Source of the DNA: Octopus vulgaris
Lineage: Eukaryota
Assembly (NCBI GenBank): GCA_951406725.2
Contig: OX597815.1
Location: 183,024,001 to 183,088,000 of the forward strand
DNA length: 64,000 nucleotides
Direction: 5' to 3'
Of the stretch, positions 56,701-64,000 are shown in pieces; the stretch's first letter is position 1; each line of letters begins with the position of its first letter. Both the position numbers and the translations under genes were made by a program. Below the pieces are notes generated by a model. The model worked only from the letters and a program-made list of their open reading frames with translations. It was not told the DNA's origin and searched no databases.

Positions 56701-59700
56701 TATACCCTTTATGCCTATGGATGAAGCATAACAGTCACAACTTATTATAACTCAAGAGCTTTTTTTCTAGTCCACAGTATAATATAGGATTATGTAGATG
56801 TAAGCATGGTTATGTGGTTAAGTTCCCTTCACAACCATATGGTCATTAAAGGGCTTCAGACTTACTGCATGGTACTTTGGCTAAATGTTTTCTACTATGA
56901 CTAACCAATGCCTTATGAGTGAATTTGGTAAACGGCAACTGTGAAAGCCTGTCTATATATATATATTTGTGTGTGTGAATGTATGTATCTTTGTCTCCCA
57001 TTCCTTGCTAGCTGGTGCCAGTTTACGTCTGCATGGCTTAGGGTTTAGCAAAAAGAAAGTAAAATTAATGGAATAAGTAACAGACTGAAAATAAGTTTAG
57101 TCACATGACTGGAATCAATATGATTGCCCCAGTATGGCCACAACCCAGTGGATGAAACAAATAAAATCAATGACGCATGTGTATGAACTGCAATGTTACA
57201 TGATAATGAAACACGGGCCCTGAATACAGAGAACATGCAATGGCTAGAGATGAACGAAGCTGGTATGCTCTGCTGGATGAGTAATATTCTGTAAAGTGGT
57301 TGGCATCAGGAAGAGCATCAAGCCGTAGAAACCATGCCAAAACAGACCATGGAACCTGGTGTGGCTCCTGACCAGCTCCTGTCAAACCATCCAACCCATG
57401 CCAACATGGAAAACAGATCTTGAATGATGATGAAGATGATGATGATGAATGGAATAAGTAATAAACTTAAAATGAGTTTGGTCACTTGACTGGGATCAAT
57501 TTGATCAACAAGACTATTCAAGGCTGCCCCAGTATGGTCACAATCCAATGACTGAAACATGCACAATCAATGAATAAATACTGATAACAAATTAGAATTC
57601 AATTTACTTACCTTTTTTACAGTACCATTTACTGAACAGGAAAGATCACATTGATCTCTACGAACACATTTACCATTTTTGTCTCTGTACAAACCGTTGA
57701 TACATTTGCAGCCATAATTCCAATTTTCACAGAATGAACTATTTGCAGGAGAAACAAGTTCTTCACATTTGGCTTCACAACCAGCAATTACAGACCATTC
57801 TTCTAAACTACTGTTACAATCTGAAAATAATAATGATTTCTTTTATGCTATTATTTAATACAGTCTAGTTCAGTGGTCCATGGACCCCTGGTGGTCTGCA
57901 AAGGTATCTGTGAATATGTTAAGCTGACAGACCTTTCAATATCCTGGGGTCTGTGGGAAAACTCATTTAAATAAAAGGAGTCTTTGGTAGTCAAAAAGGT
58001 TGGGAACCACTGGTCTATATAAATATTAATAGTAAAAGAATTCTAGCACTACACAAGGGATAAGATGAATAGAAGAAAGTTTGAAGAGAGAAGATCAGGA
58101 ATGGTAGATGGGTAAAGTTGCAAGAGTGAGTGGAGAGAGTGAGAGATGGTGAGAGTCAGGGGTAGCAGTTGATGTAGTGAATGAGGGACAAGAGTGAAGT
58201 AGATATATATACATATATATTGTAAGCATATACTCACAAAGAATTTTCTTTTTTTACTAGTTTAATGAGGAGATAAAGAGGAAATAGATTATTCTGATAC
58301 TAGATACCTAACCTGAATGTCTGCAACAAACTGTAATCTGAAAAAAAGTACTCAAGAGCCAGGTAAATGTAAAACCAGGTGACTAATTATGTCTACCACC
58401 CTAAACCAGGATCAATCCAATCCTTCCAAGGGGCTTGTACATAGTTTCAGTTGACCAGATATTATTCCCAAGGCCTTGGACAACCCAAGGATATACGAGG
58501 CAGTTGAATGTGAGAGGAAGAGACAGAAAAAGAGTGTAGTGAGAAACCTCATAAATTGTTTCCATTTTTTTTTCTGCGATACTCATTTGCTCTTGTAAAT
58601 TTGATCTTTAATTTTTATTTCCATTTCATTCGTATGCAACAGCTTATTTCTGATAAGGTCTTTCTCATTCTATCTATTTTTTTTAATACCCATTTCTACA
58701 AGGAGAAACAATTCTTAACTTTTATTCAACTCAATGTCTACATACTTTTCCATTATAGTCAATTACTTTCTTCCAACAGATTCTCCTTATTTTGAAAACT
58801 AATTGACCTATCAGCTTTAAATGTTTATTTGGTGAGTTGGTAATTATGAATACTTATAAATACATATAGATTGTTGCATTGTTTGAATACTCACAACTAT
58901 CTGATGATCAATTATGTGAAACCTATGGTAACAGTTTGTGAAGACTTTTTAACTTCATTAAAATATTATTTTACTCTAACTTTGTCATTTGAGTACTATT
59001 TTTTCCACCTTATTGCACTCATGTGTGTATCATCATCATCATTGTTTAACGTCCGTTTTTCATGCTGGCATAGGTTGGACGGTTTGACTGAGGCCTGGAG
59101 AGCCAGCGGCTGCTCCAGGCTCCAATCTGATCTGGCAGAGTTTCTTCCTAATGCTAACCACTCCAAGAGTGTAGTGGGAGCTTTATACATGCCACCATAT
59201 ACAGTGATGCTGATAAATGTAAAATGATTGATGCCAGACCTAGTCTACATTGCTGTGTGGTTACACAGTCCACTTTACAATCATATGGCTTGAGGTTTGG
59301 TCTTACTGCATATGATCATCTACTACAGTCTCAGACCAATGAGAAGAAGTTGGAAGATGGAAACTGTACAGAAGCATACTCTGTGTATGGAGGTGTATAC
59401 ATATGTGTGTGTGTGTGTGTGTGTGTTTATTTTTATGTATAGTTATAAAACAAAAACAATCCACTCATAATTGAAATATAACTTAATACACTTATATAGA
59501 GAATTACATTTTTATGCAGAAAAGAGTGACAATGACTTCAAAGATCCACAGGTTATTGGTGTCATTAGAATATATATGTGACAGAATGCTTATGTGTGTG
59601 CCTGTGTGTGTGTATGGGGGGTGCATTGGTGTGTTGGCATGAGTACAGAACTTTTCCTTCCTACATGTCTTCACATTTGTCAGAGTTTGAATAAAAGCAG

Positions 59701-62700
59701 TGATGCTTATTAGCATCTAGAAGCAATACATAATGTATCTTGAAGTTTCAACAAGTAAAGGCCATTAATAAGATACACTATTTGAAGAACAAGTAGGGAC
59801 TAGTAACAGGAAGGGCATCCAGCCATAGAAAACTGCCTCGATAAGATTTGTTTGACCCCTGCCAGCATCAGAAAAGCAGGGGTATTAAACAACAATACTG
59901 ACAATGATAAATATCAAGTCCACTTTCCATACTGGCATAAGTTAAACGGTTTTACTGGAACTGGTAAGCCAGAGAGCTGCACCAGGATCCAGTCTGATTT
60001 GGCATGGTTTCTATGGCTGGACACTCTTCCTAAAGCCAACTACTCCAAGTGTGTAAGAGGTGCTTTTTACACACCACAGACATGGGTGCCATTTACATGA
60101 AACTGGCAGTGGCCATGACTATGGTTTCACTTGGCTTGACAAATCTTATCAAGCCCAGCATATCGCTAAAATCTTGGTCAATTGTCATTGCCTCTGAGAG
60201 GCTCATCATTTGAAGATCATGCTTCACCACCTCATCCCATGTCTTCCTGGTTCTAACTCTTCCACAGGTTCCCTCCCCAGTTAGAGATCAGCACTTTTTT
60301 ACACAGCTGTTCTCTTTTATACGCATCACATAATCATACCAGTGCAGTCGTCTCTCTTGCACTTCGCATCTGACGCCGCTTATACCCATCTATCTATCTA
60401 TATATATAAAGGTAAAAACCTCCTGCAGTCACAAACTGAAGACAGTTGAAAGTGGTTATTAAAGAGTGGATAGAATTCCTTGAGGTATTCATTCCAGCTT
60501 TCTGACTTCTAAGTTCAGACTGCACCAAGCTTAGCATTACTATTCAGCTTTTTTGTGGTTGATAAATTAAGTACCAGAGTGGTAGATGAGCAGAATTAAA
60601 ATGTTGGAAGAGATACCTTGCAGTATCTGTTTCAACTCTGCACATAATGAGTTCAAATTGTGCTGAGGTGGCAATGGCCATGGCTAATCACTCAACCACC
60701 AGAGCACCCCATTCAACCCCGAGTTAGCCAATATAGATACATAGGTGCACAACCAGCAGAGATAAAATGACAACAGCATTGACACATAGGTACAAAGAGT
60801 TTCACCCAGCAAAAGACTGACAACAACTGATAGAAACCAACTGAAACATAGTATAGCTGACAAATAAAATGGGATTCATAGTGTAAACATTTCAACAACC
60901 ACAGCCAATAACACAATAAATCAGTCTACTTACTGCATTTGTTGTCTAAGTTACATTTAACAAAGTCATATTTGGTTTTGCACAGCGAATTAGTTGATTC
61001 AGTGCTATAGACAATAAACTTCCGAAATCGTGTTCCTAAATTGCAAACACCAGAGCAAGAACTCCAGTTAGACCATTGTCCACAAGCAGCTGCAAAAGAA
61101 AATATAATAGTCAGGTTCACTACAGTTTTATTTTTTAAGAGAAAATTTCAGGGGTTAAAAAAGGAGACATTGTTGTGTGTAAGCAGTGGAGAATTAAAAG
61201 TGAAATAAATGGCAAATGCGAGATGGGGTAAGTTTATTAGTTAGAAGGGGAAGATTCTGTACAGTTGGTATGAGAGCGATGGAAATATATTCTTCAAAAT
61301 GCATTAGTGTAGAGGATAAATAATTACTTCTAATTTTAACCCAATGTCAAACTTGGGGATAGAGTTATTGATAGAAAACCATAAGATGTAAATTAGAAAA
61401 TTACTATTTATAAATCTCACAATGAGAGATATTCAGCAACAATACTTTGGAGTAAAGATAATTTGCCAACATAACATGGCAACGTGTTCAAAAATATAAG
61501 GACACAGATCGTGTCATATAGCCAGCTGGAGACGATGTCCCATGGGACTAAATTACAGCAACAATCGTCCTAAACTAAGACTGCCATCTTATGTTGGCAA
61601 ATTATCTTTATAAGATGTAAGTCACAAGAATTATGAATGCATATTTAATATCTTAAACATAATAGTATACAAATGTAAAAATTTGTTTCCCTTCTTATTT
61701 AATTTTAGTTCTTTTACCTATCACATCAGATAAATAGATATTAGAGAAAAATATAAAATTATCTTAATTATACCTTCACAGGGCTGTACTTCACAAGTTT
61801 TTCTCTCATTTATCGGGTCTACATCACAATTATTTTTATCCATGCTCTGTCGCTGTCTTGTTTGAATACCAGGGCCACAACTCGCACTGCAACTCGACCA
61901 GAATGACCATGGTGTATATGTACAACCTTAAGGTAGGCAATAATAGTTGATGATGTTAATAGTTTTCAAATTAGAAATAATAATTAGATGAAACTTGAAA
62001 AAAAAATTAATTTAAATGTCACAATTAATTCAGACTTGGATAGAATTTACATTTTATTAATAACATCAGAATCATTATTTTAAGTAATCATTACTCAAGA
62101 ATTTCTAAAAACTTTAAACCTGAAATAAAGATTAACATGCTTTATAACACAACCAGCTCCTATTTATGAAATTTTACAAATCTTAACTTATTTGGCAATT
62201 TTAAAAGTTTCTTCAAGCCAGTTTAGTTATTTTAAATAATCGTTAAGAGATGGTGTATTGAATATTGTTTGCAAAAGTATCTTAACTAAAATTTCCAACT
62301 TAGTTGGAGAGAAGAAGTAAAAAAGGAAACCAGTAATAATTGTTAGAGAATCCCAAAGAAAAGGAAAAATAACTTTTAGAAATTAAGAAAATGATCTCTC
62401 AAGTTATGTGCTTGGGGAAAAGTCTGATCTTTGTTTACTGGCAAGAGACAACTATGATCATGTTTTGCTCTATAAGACCTCATCAGCTTACTTGATCAGT
62501 TAACAAAGAGACATTGTATGCTTGACCATTAAAAGAAAATCAAACATCAAACCAATTATGGTTGCTAATGATAAAGTATAAAAACAAAATCAATCTAATT
62601 CAGAAAAAATGTGAGGAAATGTTTAATATATATAAGTAAATTATAGGCACAAGAGTGGCTAAGTGATAAGAAGCTTGCTTCCCAACCACATGGTTCCATA

Positions 62701-62888
62701 TCCAGTTCCACTGCATGGCACCTTGGGCAAGTGTCTTCTACTATAGCCTCAGGTCAAACAAAGCCTTGGGAGTGGATTTGGTAGATGGAAACTGAACGAA
62801 GCCTGTCATATATATATATATATATATGACAGGCTTCTTTCAGTTTCTATCTACCAAATCCACTCCCAAGGCTTTGTTTGACCTGAGG

Positions 62889-62923
<35 letters not shown>

Positions 62924-63930
62924 TTAATTAATAAGGGTGAGAGAATTAGATACTAATTTAATCTGTCCGTGTGAGCTAACAATCGTACTGACTTTCATGG
63001 GAAACATGTATTTTCGTGGTTGAAACCTTTTGGATTAACTGGTGCTAGAGTGAGCCATATAGTGACCACTCTCTTATATTTATTTTATATTATATATATA
63101 TATATATATATAGGGAGAGTTTACGCAAAAAACAAAAGACAAAGACAGGTGGTGTACAAAACAAACAGATGTATTAGTATAACGCTCAGGAATAGAAAAT
63201 GTCTTTTACATTTTGAGCCTACGCTCTTCTACAGAAAGGGACACAGAAAAAACAAGGAGAGAAAAAAATGTGTGTAGTGGCTAACGATCTATCATGCCGA
63301 CTGACTTCTGTCTGTGTTTGTCCCCCACCATCGCTTGACAGCCAATGTTGGTGTGTTTATGTTCCCATAATTTAGCAGTTCAGCAAAAGTGACCAATAAA
63401 TAAGTACAAGGCTTACAAAGAATAAGCTCTGGGGTCGATTTGTTCAACTAAAGATGGGGCTTCAGCATGGCCACAGTCAAACTACTGAAAACAAGTTAAA
63501 GAATTAAAAAAATATAAGTAAATATAAGAAGCAGTTCTACTTACAAAATTCTTGTTCATTACAAGGCTTCACTTCAACTGCATCACCTAAGCATTTATCT
63601 CCTCCACAACGAGGCAGGGGATTTGAGCAAAATCTGTTCCTGGATCTTAATCCTCCAGGTTGACAAGAACGACTGCATTCTGTCCATTGCGTCCATTCAG
63701 TCCAGTTAGCATGTACTAAAACCATAGGAGACATTTTAAATCAGAATCTCTTTATATGTGACAATAATAATGTGATTAAAATATTTGGTTTACATCGAAA
63801 TTATCCAGAAAATTCATCTAATTCAGGTGGAAATTACTTTAAGCATTTTTAATTAAAAATCAAAAACAGTTTTAACTTACCAATAGCATTTGGTTGTGGA
63901 CGACATGTTTCTTTGTAATTCTCACAAATA
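50779..63930 (-). CDS. 3' portion of an SCO-spondin-like secreted protein gene (TSP1 x3, TIL, VWC, CTCK)
   Basis: Eight phase-compatible GT-AG exons: 63881-63930, 63545-63715 (WTEWTQWTECSRSC), 61774-61926 (WSFWSSCSASCGPG), 60934-61089 (WSNWSSCSGVC), 57612-57820 (TIL), 54598-54702 and 53620-53680 (VWC, CCPVC), 50779-51083 (cystine knot, stop). The gene continues beyond the window. Confidence 0.9.
51790..52166. mobile_element. Old MITE-like inverted repeat pair
   Basis: TTAATTTCTGTAAAAAATT..TTTTGTTTTAAAGT and its reverse complement flank a microsatellite-rich interior. Confidence 0.55.
52490..52850 (-). mobile_element. RTE-associated SINE or 3'-UTR repeat with (ATG)n end
   Basis: GGAAGGGCATCCAGCTGTAGAAACT..CCATGCTAGCATGGAAAGCGGAC. 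Related copies at about 55090-55300, 57290-57450, 59030-59200 and 59900-60130. Strand uncertain. Confidence 0.6.
53063..53405 (+). mobile_element. SINE family C
   Basis: Homologous to 27727-28106, CpG-depleted. Confidence 0.85.
60130..60390 (-). mobile_element. RTE LINE 3' coding relic
   Basis: VQERRLHWYDYVMR..EGTCGRVRTRKTWDEVVKHDL. Confidence 0.75.
61453..61610. mobile_element. Small MITE
   Basis: 29-bp inverted repeats TAAAGATAATTTGCCAACATAA.ATGGCA. Confidence 0.65.
62646..63500 (+). mobile_element. SINE family B carrying nested insertions in its (TA)n tract
   Basis: Head at 62646-62808 and tail at 63305-63500. The middle holds a fold-back duplication, a fragment of the 534-bp repeat and a minimal-hammerhead element. 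Confidence 0.8.
62921..63086. repeat. Dispersed, internally inverted fragment of the 534-bp hammerhead repeat
   Basis: 62921-62962 matches the unit in one orientation and 62963-63086 in the other. Several substitutions relative to the array. Confidence 0.9.
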
Positions 63931-64000
63931 CTAGAATAAATAAATGGAAACTACACAGATTACAAAAGAAAATTAAGAGAGTGATTTTGCATTAATTAAA

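Overview
AT-rich, repeat-dense eukaryotic genomic DNA with a 100-N scaffold gap at 15691-15790. The SINE families and microsatellite load suggest a cephalopod, probably Octopus (inference). One real gene is present: the last 8 coding exons of a minus-strand SCO-spondin-like gene (TSP1 x3, TIL, VWC, C-terminal cystine knot; 50779-63930). The intergenic part is a field of decayed alpha-tubulin paralogs overprinted by mariner, Merlin, Tigger and Helitron DNA elements, CR1, RTE and R4/Dong LINE pieces, and tRNA-derived SINEs. Three signals stand out. (1) A ~534-bp tandem array that flips orientation partway (15791-18548), in which each unit carries a type I hammerhead ribozyme with a palindromic helix III and a very long helix II (retrozyme-like). 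At least four other unrelated hammerhead families are scattered through the window. (2) A family of ORF1-only (zinc-knuckle gag-like) retroelements with no RT that share their 3' tail with the dominant SINE. (3) A tRNA-Lys body with a TTC anticodon that was inserted together with a SINE inside one target-site duplication. All calls were made by eye; nothing was run through a search or folding tool.
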